Shown in pieces: positions 36,576-45,368 of a stretch of DNA of 57,972 nucleotides. The notes beneath the pieces are model-generated. The model made no database searches, had not been told where the DNA came from, and worked only from the letters and a program-made list of their open reading frames with translations. The stretch covers positions 1 to 57,972 of the IMG/VR virus record IMGVR_UViG_3300031227_000047; one strand, given 5' to 3'. Made by a program: the position numbers and the translations under genes. The stretch comes from a virus. Its lineage: Duplodnaviria; Caudoviricetes. Each line of letters opens with the position of its first letter. Position 1 is the stretch's first letter.

Positions 36576-37337
36576 ATGATAGTAGGAAGAGGAGTTGGTT
36601 GGTCTATTTTGTTAAGTTTGGTTCTTTTAGTGGGATGTGTTTTTCTAGTTGTAGGTATTAGTTTGAGAATGGGGGGAGGTGCGGATGTTGTAAAGCTCAA
36701 AGAACAGTTATTGAAACTAGGCGTTGGTTTAGGAACATCCGAAGAGGGTGAGGAAGATGAACGTATATTGTTTACGCTTGATAGCTATGGGGTGTTAGCA
36801 GACCCCGAAAAGGTGTATAAACAGTTGTCAGATCTAGGCGTAGACATGAACATGCTCGAAGTCGGCGAGGGCGAGAGTGGCGATCCAGTAGCAGGTTATT
36901 ATGATGACTCTGGCAAGCTAGTCAATGCTGTGCTGACAATCGAGCGTAATGCTACAGAGGACTATAGCGGCCCTTACGATGTGTTTGTGGTAGATGGATG
37001 TGTAGTACTTCAACCGAAGGAGAGTGGAGATTCGTGGAATGATACTGGTAAAATAGTTACAGGCGAAGGCGAAGAAGTCGAAGGTGAGGGCACAGGCATT
37101 GACGAAGGTACTTACACGGATCAATCTCTCCACTCTACAGAGTTTTCTGGTGACTATCCTATCTGTGGGACTTATGTAATATCAGGTGGTGATAGTGAAA
37201 GCAACACATCTACGGGTGTGGCATACAGCCACACGGATGAAACCCTCCACTCAACAGAAATTCCAGTTGAATCAGGGGTATCAGTAAAGCCGGGGATGAC
37301 ATACATGGTCGAAGTGCGGATGATTGACGATGCTTAG
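36576..37337 (+). CDS. membrane-anchored acidic protein
   Basis: N-terminal TM segment; TDxxLHSTE repeated twice. Confidence 0.65.
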   Translation: MIVGRGVGWSILLSLVLLVGCVFLVVGISLRMGGGADVVKLKEQLLKLGVGLGTSEEGEEDERILFTLDSYGVLADPEKVYKQLSDLGVDMNMLEVGEGESGDPVAGYYDDSGKLVNAVLTIERNATEDYSGPYDVFVVDGCVVLQPKESGDSWNDTGKIVTGEGEEVEGEGTGIDEGTYTDQSLHSTEFSGDYPICGTYVISGGDSESNTSTGVAYSHTDETLHSTEIPVESGVSVKPGMTYMVEVRMIDDA

Positions 37338-37686
37338 CCTAATCCTGATAGTCGCCCAATTCGTGTCCCTCGATTGCATTATCGTAAACGCAAGTGCCTA
37401 CACGGCCTGCAAAGAAGAATGCGATGCAAGCCCGGACACAACGGCTGGCATGACCACGCCTACACCAGGGCGGACGTTAGGCATATCACGCGACTTGTGG
37501 CACCTACGCGGTAAGCTGGTGTATGTGCAAGGCGTAGGGCTTCGGCGGGTCGAGGATAAAATGGCTGAACGATTCCAGCAATCGATTGACGTGCTGTTTG
37601 CGAGCAAGCCGGAAGCTATGGAATATGGCAGGAAGGATGTGAAGCTGTGGGTTTTGAAACGAAAGGAAACGAAACGACATGACTAA
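37330..37686 (+). CDS. 3D-domain (MltA-like) cell-wall hydrolase with signal peptide
   Basis: ASAYT, TTA, ISRD, VED, IDV..., A..YGR pattern. Confidence 0.8.
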   Translation: MLSLILIVAQFVSLDCIIVNASAYTACKEECDASPDTTAGMTTPTPGRTLGISRDLWHLRGKLVYVQGVGLRRVEDKMAERFQQSIDVLFASKPEAMEYGRKDVKLWVLKRKETKRHD

Positions 37687-37936
37687 GAAAGAACTCAAAC
37701 AAGTAGAGGCTATGGTTAGGTGTTTAGGGAAGCGGGGGCGTGGCTGTCCACGAGACCTCAACACACCATTCGGCCTTGATTGCGAGAATGTATGTGGCCT
37801 CGATGGACGACACGCGGACGATAGCTGTTGGAAGTGCTGGATGAACTGCTTTGGATTTGGCACAGGCAAGGAAACGCAAGGCGGTGCGGTTGTTGTGCTT
37901 GGCCGGCAAGGGCTATGCGGCACAGTTCACGCCTGA
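37679..37936 (+). CDS. Cys-rich small protein
   Basis: CP.D..DC...CG..GR...D.C..CW; paralog of 41829..42032. Confidence 0.6.
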   Translation: MTKKELKQVEAMVRCLGKRGRGCPRDLNTPFGLDCENVCGLDGRHADDSCWKCWMNCFGFGTGKETQGGAVVVLGRQGLCGTVHA

Positions 37937-37957
37937 ACTTGAAACGAAAGGGAAAAC

Positions 37958-38203
37958 ATGAAACATGAATGGATCTATGAGATTGGTGTTTATAAGACAG
38001 TTGTGGGAAACACAATAGCAATTGCTTGCGAGGGCGGTGAGGGAAACTATTGGTTATCGTGGGCTACAAGCAGCAGGGGTGGGAAAGAAATTTGCTTAGA
38101 GCTTTTTCAAGCATCCAAGACAGAATGCAAGGCCAAGCGTCTTGCAATCGAGCTGGCTAAGCAGGTAGAAATTATACGTAAGCAAATTAAGTGGCCTAAA
38201 TGA
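37958..38203 (+). CDS. hypothetical protein
   Basis: RBS-like AAGGGA, co-oriented. Confidence 0.55.
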   Translation: MKHEWIYEIGVYKTVVGNTIAIACEGGEGNYWLSWATSSRGGKEICLELFQASKTECKAKRLAIELAKQVEIIRKQIKWPK

Positions 38204-38256
38204 AATGAGTTTTAAAATAGAAGTAAAGTAAAACAAAAACAAAAGGAGAATGAGAG

Positions 38257-38691
38257 ATGGGAATCGGGACACGCAGAGAAATTGGGAAAAACTACATACG
38301 AATAAAGGATGTTATAAAAGGCATCGACACCATGCTTGTGCGAGAAAGCTTGCAGGCCGGTAAAATCATCGCCTTAGAGAAAAGGATAACCGGGCTTGAG
38401 GATGTGCGTGGCGCATGGCCGTGGAACAAGGAAAAAGTCCCAAAGCCCGTAAATTTGAAGAATAACATAGTAACACTTCTTGTTTCAGATATTAATAAAG
38501 ATTCAAATATGGAAAATGTCATACATGAATTATCTGAAAACATTTATTCTTTGGCAGTCTTGTATTTTGAAGGTGTGGAAGGCGCAAACAAAGCATTTGG
38601 AAATGGACACCATGCAGCACAGTCATTAGCAGAACACGCCAAGAAAATGTTACAGGATCGAGTAAAACAAATGGAGGATATTAAAAAATAA
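38257..38691 (+). CDS. hypothetical protein
   Basis: C-terminal half paralogous to 39308..39559 (GNGHH.AQ.L). Confidence 0.65.
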   Translation: MGIGTRREIGKNYIRIKDVIKGIDTMLVRESLQAGKIIALEKRITGLEDVRGAWPWNKEKVPKPVNLKNNIVTLLVSDINKDSNMENVIHELSENIYSLAVLYFEGVEGANKAFGNGHHAAQSLAEHAKKMLQDRVKQMEDIKK

Positions 38692-38692
38692 C

Positions 38693-38902
38693 ATGAATGA
38701 ATTAGAAAAAGTGAATGAATTATTGGAACTTTGTAAAGATTCTGGTGTGATATTACATCTTCTTTTGATAACCAATCATATTTCAGTAGAGGATATTAGA
38801 ACACTTTCTCATCCAATTCTTTATGCTAAGGAAAAATTGGAGAAAGAAAAAGATATTATTGAAAAAAAGACAATAGGCGAAATCCAAAAGAAATTTAAGT
38901 AA
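38693..38902 (+). CDS. hypothetical protein
   Basis: Co-oriented, tight spacing. Confidence 0.5.
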   Translation: MNELEKVNELLELCKDSGVILHLLLITNHISVEDIRTLSHPILYAKEKLEKEKDIIEKKTIGEIQKKFK

Positions 38903-38919
38903 ACAAAAAGGAGAACGTA

Positions 38920-39144
38920 ATGGAGAACGTAATGGAAATTAAAAACGCCCTTGACTTGGATGATTTCAGGCAGCACACATGCGAGGAATGTAGATGGCGC
39001 GAAAGAATTCTTATATGGGATAAGTACAATAATAAATACAGCAATAAGCCTGCTTGCAGGTTGAAGGGCCATCTATTAGCGGGAGAGCAACCAAGTCGTG
39101 CTTGCCCGGATTTTGTATGGACTGAAAAGGACATGGATTATTAA
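38920..39144 (+). CDS. Cys-rich small protein
   Basis: CEECRW...C...CPDF. Confidence 0.6.
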   Translation: MENVMEIKNALDLDDFRQHTCEECRWRERILIWDKYNNKYSNKPACRLKGHLLAGEQPSRACPDFVWTEKDMDY

Positions 39145-39164
39145 GCATGAAAGGAAAATGACAA

Positions 39165-39234
39165 GTAAACACACAGGGGAATAAGTAAAAGAAAAGCTTC
39201 TTACACAAAGTGTAAGGTGAGATTGTAAAGTAAG
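39165..39234 (+). repeat. 70-bp direct repeat copy 1 (copy 2 at 40006-40075)
   Basis: GTAAACACACAGGGGAATAAG...GATTGTAAAGTAAG identical; internal CTTACAC-AAA-GTGTAAG hairpin. Confidence 0.92.
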
Positions 39235-39307
39235 CCAACGGCCATGGAATATGGCAGGAAGTCAACTAAATTATGGGTTTTAAAATGAAACAAAAGGAGA
39301 ATGGAAA

Positions 39308-39559
39308 ATGAGTGAGAAGAAAGAAGAATATTTCGAGATGCCGTTACGTGTTTTGGTGGTTGACCAAGATTCAGACCTTGAGAATGTGGCCCGCGTCTTG
39401 TCGAATAACATCTATATGCTGTCTGTCAAGTATTTCGAGAAGGCGGAAACCGCTGGCTTGATAAGCGGCAACGGTCACCACATGGCACAGGAATTAGGGA
39501 CACATGCGAAGAAAATGTTACTGGATAGAGTAAAACAAATGAAGGATATTAAAAAATAA
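39308..39559 (+). CDS. hypothetical protein
   Basis: Paralog of 38257..38691 C-terminus. Confidence 0.65.
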   Translation: MSEKKEEYFEMPLRVLVVDQDSDLENVARVLSNNIYMLSVKYFEKAETAGLISGNGHHMAQELGTHAKKMLLDRVKQMKDIKK

Positions 39560-39560
39560 C

Positions 39561-40025
39561 ATGAATGAGGAAGAAAAACAGGCACAAAGAGAATTGGATT
39601 TGGGAATTCGACATCCATTTGATGAAGGGAAAATATATTATAAAGACTGGGCATATGAAGCAGCTTGTGGAATAATGTGTAATTTACAAGATCGAAGAGG
39701 CATTAAAAATGGATTCCAACAGTTGGATTTAGATATTCGATGTGAAATTATAGAATCTATGGTTGCTATTATCAGAAAAGCAAAAAGGGGAAGAACAAAA
39801 AGTGAAAAGGATAATACGTTTTTTCCACGTTGGATAGAAAATGGAAAAGGATTGGAAGGAACTCAAGAAAGGAAATTGCCCGAAGATTTTCTTAAAAATG
39901 TAAGAATTGATGCAAGAGCTATTAAAGAAGTAGAACCAGGTAAATTTAAAATAGGAAAATTTCTGATAGGTACGGGGAAAAGATTGAAACACATAAGAAA
40001 TTTAGGTAAACACACAGGGGAATAA
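39561..40025 (+). CDS. hypothetical protein
   Basis: LQDRRGIK motif; co-oriented. Confidence 0.6.
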   Translation: MNEEEKQAQRELDLGIRHPFDEGKIYYKDWAYEAACGIMCNLQDRRGIKNGFQQLDLDIRCEIIESMVAIIRKAKRGRTKSEKDNTFFPRWIENGKGLEGTQERKLPEDFLKNVRIDARAIKEVEPGKFKIGKFLIGTGKRLKHIRNLGKHTGE

Positions 40026-40170
40026 GTAAAAGAAAAGCTTCTTACACAAAGTGTAAGGTGAGATTGTAAAGTAAGAGGATTTTTGTTGTATATAGAAATT
40101 TCTTTACAATTTTTGTTGTATAGGATAAAATTGAATAGAAAAATTAATAATAGAAGGAGGAAAAGGAAAA

Positions 40171-40443
40171 ATGAGGTGGAAAGTTTACGATCCAAATTTA
40201 AGGGATAGGTTGGGAGAAAAAAGAGTAGTAAGAAAATTTCTTTGGCTTCCAAGATTTTATAAAGGTAAATTTGCTTGGTTGGAGTATGCAAATATAATAG
40301 AGAGAGTTTGTTCTTTTTATGATGTCAGGCCGGGTGTAGGAGATATTCTTAGATGGGAAGAGATGGGATTTTCAAAAGAAAAAGACCTAACAGAAATAAA
40401 AGTACAAGAATGGGATAGTAAATTAAAGGAAACAAACCAATAA
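40171..40443 (+). CDS. hypothetical protein
   Basis: Strong RBS; KFLWLP...WLE pattern. Confidence 0.6.
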   Translation: MRWKVYDPNLRDRLGEKRVVRKFLWLPRFYKGKFAWLEYANIIERVCSFYDVRPGVGDILRWEEMGFSKEKDLTEIKVQEWDSKLKETNQ

Positions 40444-40455
40444 AGGAATGAAATC

Positions 40456-40704
40456 ATGGCTACAGAAGAAAGTACAGAGATAGAATTGAAACTTACTCAG
40501 GAGGATAAGATAGCAGCTTTAACCAAAGAAGTTGAAGAGTTGAAAAAGGGAATGGGGATGTTGGCAAAAAATATGGCCATTCAGGACAATACACAAGAAA
40601 AGGTAAATGGGGTTCTGGAAAGTATATTGCAATGGATAAGGGAGCATGAGGAACAGAAAAAACTCCTTGTAGAAAGAAATGAACTAAAAGTTCTTGTGCA
40701 ATGA
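40456..40704 (+). CDS. coiled-coil hypothetical protein
   Basis: RBS, heptads. Confidence 0.6.
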   Translation: MATEESTEIELKLTQEDKIAALTKEVEELKKGMGMLAKNMAIQDNTQEKVNGVLESILQWIREHEEQKKLLVERNELKVLVQ

Positions 40705-40803
40705 AAAATAAAGAGAGATTTACTTGCAAAGAGTGTCGGTATTTTGGATGGATGGAAGTTGAATTTTGTGATTGGTGGTTGGAAAAGAGAGAAGGGAAAG
40801 AAG

Positions 40804-41124
40804 ATGAAGAGTTTAAAGATCCAAGAGTACAAACGTAAACCGCAAATTGTACATGCCATGAAACTTGAAAAGAAGACGTGGCAAACCATGTGTAAATTTA
40901 TCAATCTGAATTCGATGAACCCAAATGGCCCAAAAGGGGTTTATGTTAAGGATGGAAAACAAATTGTAAAATGGGAGCCGGGAGCAGAGTTGATTCTTTT
41001 GCTTCCTGATGGTAAGAGTTATCGGAAGGTTCGTGAAGGAGAATGGGTTGTGCGTGATTGGGGAAACATATCTAAATATACACAAGAAGATTTTGATGCG
41101 ATGTTTGAAATAGTATTGGAATGA
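40804..41124 (+). CDS. hypothetical protein
   Basis: YKRKP..V.A...EGEWVV...F...FE, related to 10773 N-domain. Confidence 0.6.
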   Translation: MKSLKIQEYKRKPQIVHAMKLEKKTWQTMCKFINLNSMNPNGPKGVYVKDGKQIVKWEPGAELILLLPDGKSYRKVREGEWVVRDWGNISKYTQEDFDAMFEIVLE

Positions 41125-41156
41125 ATATCAAGTGTTAAAAATAGGAGATTAGAAAG

Positions 41157-41402
41157 ATGGATGAAAGGATTCAGTTGCTTTGGAAGAATTGGGATAAAAT
41201 CCGTAAATTGGCTTTGACAGGCATGTTGACAGATGGTAAGCCCCAGCTTTGTTATCTAGATGAAGATAATAATCCTTGCAAGACTCGCCCCCGATCCGAG
41301 AAGCTTGGCTTATTGATTCCTACGGACGACGGGATTGAAACGGCTGTTGAGGGCGATTGGATTACTAAGAACGATCTTGGTGAGATTATCATTTGTAAAT
41401 GA
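41157..41402 (+). CDS. hypothetical protein
   Basis: IPT.DG...A.EGDWI.K...GE pattern. Confidence 0.55.
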   Translation: MDERIQLLWKNWDKIRKLALTGMLTDGKPQLCYLDEDNNPCKTRPRSEKLGLLIPTDDGIETAVEGDWITKNDLGEIIICK

Positions 41403-41485
41403 AAATAAGAAAATTAGAATGAAACACTTCACAATTGAAAGTGTGATAGTATGTAAGCAGAGAAACTTTGGAAAGGAAAAAGCAA

Positions 41486-41851
41486 ATGAAGCAATTCACG
41501 ATAGAGCACAAAGAAATGTGTATTGAGTTTCTAATCTATGCTAAGAAAAGGGACATGATTAAAGGGGCATTGGCAAAATACAAACACGTAATAGAAAAAC
41601 CGTGCTGTGAGGTTTTTCCATTTAAGGCAAAGCCCCGGATTGCATTTTCTTCTAAAATTTATTTGGAAGAGAAAACACTTCATGCAGGAATGATATCTAA
41701 ATTGATTTGGGAAGCTATTCACTACGCTACTTACAAAGTTGGAATCAGAATGTCCGATGTAATAAGTGAAGAGATCGGTGATTACTTGGACGAATTCAAT
41801 TGTCAATTTTGGGTAGAGTATTATAAGGATGAAAAAGATGAAGATGACTGA
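41486..41851 (+). CDS. hypothetical protein, degenerate relative of 47015..47371
   Basis: IYLEE....G.I...WEAIH vs IYLNEE..GVGI.AHEIFH. Confidence 0.55.
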   Translation: MKQFTIEHKEMCIEFLIYAKKRDMIKGALAKYKHVIEKPCCEVFPFKAKPRIAFSSKIYLEEKTLHAGMISKLIWEAIHYATYKVGIRMSDVISEEIGDYLDEFNCQFWVEYYKDEKDEDD

Positions 41852-42032
41852 GAGTATGGCAAGGTTTATAGGATTACAAACTGGAAGTTGTCCTTTGGAT
41901 CTTTTAGAGTATTTAGAAATTGATTGTGGGGAATTGTGTGGAACAGAAGGACGATCTACTGAGGACGATTGTTATCAGTGTTGGTTAGATTTTTTTATAG
42001 CAAAGGAGAAGCAAGAAAATGAAGATGAATGA
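41829..42032 (+). CDS. Cys-rich small protein
   Basis: Paralog of 37679..37936. Confidence 0.55.
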   Translation: MKKMKMTESMARFIGLQTGSCPLDLLEYLEIDCGELCGTEGRSTEDDCYQCWLDFFIAKEKQENEDE

Positions 42033-42217
42033 GAGTGCGGCAAGATTTATGGAAAAGCAAGAAAATGGAACTTAAAGAACTTATGAAAAACATAAATCCC
42101 CTTTTCTTTATGGCATTATCTGAAATGGATGTTGCATGGATTAAAGTGGCCAAAGTAGCGCAGGCACAAAAAGCAAAAGAGAAACTTATTAAGGAGGTTA
42201 TGGAAAATGGCTGGTAA
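42029..42217 (+). CDS. hypothetical protein
   Basis: ATGA overlap. Confidence 0.45.
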   Translation: MRVRQDLWKSKKMELKELMKNINPLFFMALSEMDVAWIKVAKVAQAQKAKEKLIKEVMENGW

Positions 42218-42229
42218 GGATACATTGAC

Positions 42230-42358
42230 ATGATTCGATATCTGCAATGGATGCTGCTATGGATTAAAGTAGCTAGAGCAATACGCGTTCAACGAGAAGC
42301 AGCCCAACAAAAAGCACTTGAAATAATACGCGCACAGTTAGAGGAGCCTCTGACATGA
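42230..42358 (+). CDS. 42-aa protein (not in ORF track)
   Basis: MIRYLQWMLLWIKVARA...; shares WIKVA..Q with previous gene; ATGA coupling to next gene. Confidence 0.45.
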   Translation: MIRYLQWMLLWIKVARAIRVQREAAQQKALEIIRAQLEEPLT

Positions 42359-43164
42359 TTCGATTCTGGACTGTACTTCAAAATCCTATGTTTCGTGCAG
42401 TTTTAATCGAAGACGGTAAAGAAGTAACAGGAATACCAGACCACGCTCCACACACTCCGGCTCGTTGGGTAGCCCAAATCGGCGAATACAATGGTAAACT
42501 CATAATGGCTTTAGTGAGTTCCTTCCAAATTTGGGAAAAAGATGCAAGCTGTTGTTTATGGCATTCATATCATCGGTTATGTTTCAGTGTCCACAGCATC
42601 GTTCAATATGGTGAGGATCTTCTTGTATGTGCAAGTGGACACGATTTATTTTTCCTAATGGATGCTCAAGGAAATGTAAAATGGGAATGGTGGGGACATA
42701 AAAATGGGATAGGTGGATACCCGAAACATCTTGATGATCCTAATTGGGAAGTTCATCACAATGCTGGATATGATAAAGCAATCGTGGACGGTGCTCATTT
42801 CAATTCGATATGGCTTGATCCTGAACAACCAGGTACCTTTCTTACCAGTGCATTGAAAAAACGTAAGATTATACGCATTGAAATTGGCAAGCAGGGTTAT
42901 GAACACGTAGCCGATGCTCATGAAGGCGTCCACAGTCCAGTATTTTATGATGGGCAACTTATTTACGGTACCAACAAAGGATTGGTTGTAGACGGCGTAC
43001 GCAAGCTACCAGAGCATTTGTGGGTGAAGTATGTAGCACGAACTCCGCAAGGATGGGTTTTCACTTCTGAAACTGCTGTAGTGTTTACAGACTTCGATTG
43101 GAAGGTAACACACGAATTCCCACTTCCACGCCCGTTTCAAGTAGCTTATTTGGAAATGACATAA
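42355..43164 (+). CDS. beta-propeller-like protein
   Basis: Blade-like repeats VHSI....LLV, AHFNSI, VHSP..YDG.L. Confidence 0.6.
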   Translation: MIRFWTVLQNPMFRAVLIEDGKEVTGIPDHAPHTPARWVAQIGEYNGKLIMALVSSFQIWEKDASCCLWHSYHRLCFSVHSIVQYGEDLLVCASGHDLFFLMDAQGNVKWEWWGHKNGIGGYPKHLDDPNWEVHHNAGYDKAIVDGAHFNSIWLDPEQPGTFLTSALKKRKIIRIEIGKQGYEHVADAHEGVHSPVFYDGQLIYGTNKGLVVDGVRKLPEHLWVKYVARTPQGWVFTSETAVVFTDFDWKVTHEFPLPRPFQVAYLEMT

Positions 43165-43220
43165 TAGGAGTTATAGAAAATGGCTGATAAGGTAAAGAAG
43201 AAGAAAAAGAAAAGGCGAAG

Positions 43221-43308
43221 CGCATCTGCTACGGCATGGAGATCGCGCCTGAGTATGTGGCGGTCATACTGCAACGCATGACAGATATGGGGCTTGAACC
43301 GAAACTTA
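43221..43308 (+). pseudogene. C-terminal relic of N6/N4 DNA methyltransferase
   Basis: Translates RICYGMEIAPEYVAVILQRM; GC-rich patch with no upstream body. Confidence 0.6.
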
Positions 43309-43896
43309 CACAGAAAATACATGGAATCAAATCAAATGTTAAAAGAAAAAGAAAAACTAAAAAAGCGTAGGGTTAAGTTTGCTCCTTATCACGTAGCCTT
43401 AATTCGTAAGATGATAGGGAAAGGATATACAGACGGCTCTGTAGCACGCCATATTGGAATCTCAGCATCTTTATTTTGGCGATGGAAGAAAGAACGTCCA
43501 GCAGTCACAAAGGCGTATGAAGAGGGAAAGAAAGCTGCAAACGAACTTGTAGAAAATGCCCTATTCAGACGGGCTGTAGGATATAAGGTTAAGGAGAAAA
43601 AGGTAGAAACAAATAGCGCCGGCCATACAAAAGTTACCATGCAAGAAAAGCAAATGTCTCCAAGTGTAGGAGCCGGAATTTTTTGGTTGTGCAATCGTTT
43701 GCCGGATAGGTGGAAGCAGATGAAGGAAATAGCAGTAGGTGGAACAGGCGTTCCAATTCCAGTCAATTTAGATAAAGAGATTGACCTCTCTGGTTTTACA
43801 GATGAAGAATTGAAAGCCTACCAAAATTTGTTAGATAAAGTTGTAAAGAAAGAAATACCCTCTGGATTTGATAAAAAGGATTTGGATGGAAAGTAG
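43294..43896 (+). CDS. terminase small subunit
   Basis: HTH (VARHIGIS...WK), VENALFRRAVGY, A.IFWLCNR.PDRW; upstream of TerL; start may be 43321/43336. Confidence 0.85.
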   Translation: MNRNLHRKYMESNQMLKEKEKLKKRRVKFAPYHVALIRKMIGKGYTDGSVARHIGISASLFWRWKKERPAVTKAYEEGKKAANELVENALFRRAVGYKVKEKKVETNSAGHTKVTMQEKQMSPSVGAGIFWLCNRLPDRWKQMKEIAVGGTGVPIPVNLDKEIDLSGFTDEELKAYQNLLDKVVKKEIPSGFDKKDLDGK

Positions 43897-45352
43897 TGTA
43901 TTAGAAAGAGTTACACCCGAACAAATGCACACTCGAATACGGTGTGAACAATCCCGCCGTGATATTTTGGAGTTTGCTCAATATGTAAATCCAAGTTATC
44001 AGGTGGGATTCCCTCATTTAGAGATAGCAGAAAAACTACGTAGAATAGAATCAGGGGATTTACGTAGACTCATGGTAATGATGCCGCCAAGGCACGGTAA
44101 ATCCCTTTTAATCTCTCAAATCTTTCCATGTTGGATGTTAGGCCGTCATCCTTTATTGGAAATCGTGCAATCAGGATATGCAGCCCCAATTACTTTAGAA
44201 CACAGTAGAAAAGCAAGGGATATTTTCATTCATAAAGAGTGCCGGAATGTTTTTCCTGGTGCTACACATGTTCCGGGTAGAGAGGCACAAAAGCAAATAA
44301 GACCAGAACGTCAAGCTGCTCATGAATGGGGAACTGTTCAAGGTGGAAGATATTTAGCGGTTGGAGTCGATGGGGGTTTAACAGGACGCGGAGCAGATAT
44401 TGCAATTATCGATGATCCTGTTAAGAATCGAAAGGATGCAGAGTCAAGCACGGTGCGTCAAGGTGTTTATGATTGGTATAAATCCACTTTATACACCAGG
44501 CTTTCTCCAAAGGGAGTAATTATTCTTGTAATGACTCGCTGGCATCCTGAAGATCTTGCCGGGGTTTTATTGGAAGAGGCTAAACAGGAAGGGGAGAAAT
44601 GGGAAGTCATAAAATTCCCAGCTATCAATGAAAATGGAGAACCACTATGGCCGGAGCGTTGGGGTTTAGAAGCATTAGAACGTATTCGTAGGGCTTTAGG
44701 TACTTTTGAATGGGATGCTTTGTATCAGCAAGAACCAGCGGTAAGGGGAGGGAACTTATTTTCCAATGTGGATCAAATTTGGGTACATGAATCGGAAAAA
44801 GATTTTCCAAATATTGAATATGCAAGGGGATGGGATTTAGCTTCATCTGAAAAGGAAAGAACTTCTTCTGACCCAGATTATACAGTAGGAGTAAAAGCAG
44901 GGGTTGCTCATAAGGCTGAAAAAATTCCTGAGTTATGGGTTAAGGATTGTGTATACGGAAGGTGGGAAGCCCCAAAACGGAATCAAGTTATTCTTACCAC
45001 AGCTATTCAGGATGGAAAAGATGTAAGGGTAGGAGTGGAAGTTGTAGCTGGTTACAAGGATGCTTATACAACCGTGAAAAAGGCTTTAAAAGGAGTAAGG
45101 GCTGTAAAGAAAATCACAGTTGCAAAAGATAAAGTGGTAAACAGTGCATGTTTAGAGCCGATGTTTGAAGCGCGAACTGTTCATATTTTAAAGGCTCCTT
45201 GGAATGATTTTTGGTTAAGGCACTTTATGGAATTTCCAAAAGGGGCACATGATGATGCAGTGGATGGAACTTTGGTTGCATACAATACCTTGCAATTCAC
45301 TCAGACAAATGTAGATCAATATTCGCAAATAAGACAGATGCTTGGAGTTTAA
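43886..45352 (+). CDS. terL: terminase large subunit
   Basis: MPPRHGKS, TGRGAD..IIDDP.K, MTRWH.ED, WDLA, DYT, FP.GAHDD.VD. Confidence 0.95.
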   Translation: MESSVLERVTPEQMHTRIRCEQSRRDILEFAQYVNPSYQVGFPHLEIAEKLRRIESGDLRRLMVMMPPRHGKSLLISQIFPCWMLGRHPLLEIVQSGYAAPITLEHSRKARDIFIHKECRNVFPGATHVPGREAQKQIRPERQAAHEWGTVQGGRYLAVGVDGGLTGRGADIAIIDDPVKNRKDAESSTVRQGVYDWYKSTLYTRLSPKGVIILVMTRWHPEDLAGVLLEEAKQEGEKWEVIKFPAINENGEPLWPERWGLEALERIRRALGTFEWDALYQQEPAVRGGNLFSNVDQIWVHESEKDFPNIEYARGWDLASSEKERTSSDPDYTVGVKAGVAHKAEKIPELWVKDCVYGRWEAPKRNQVILTTAIQDGKDVRVGVEVVAGYKDAYTTVKKALKGVRAVKKITVAKDKVVNSACLEPMFEARTVHILKAPWNDFWLRHFMEFPKGAHDDAVDGTLVAYNTLQFTQTNVDQYSQIRQMLGV

Positions 45353-45368
45353 GAAAAGGAGAATAGTC

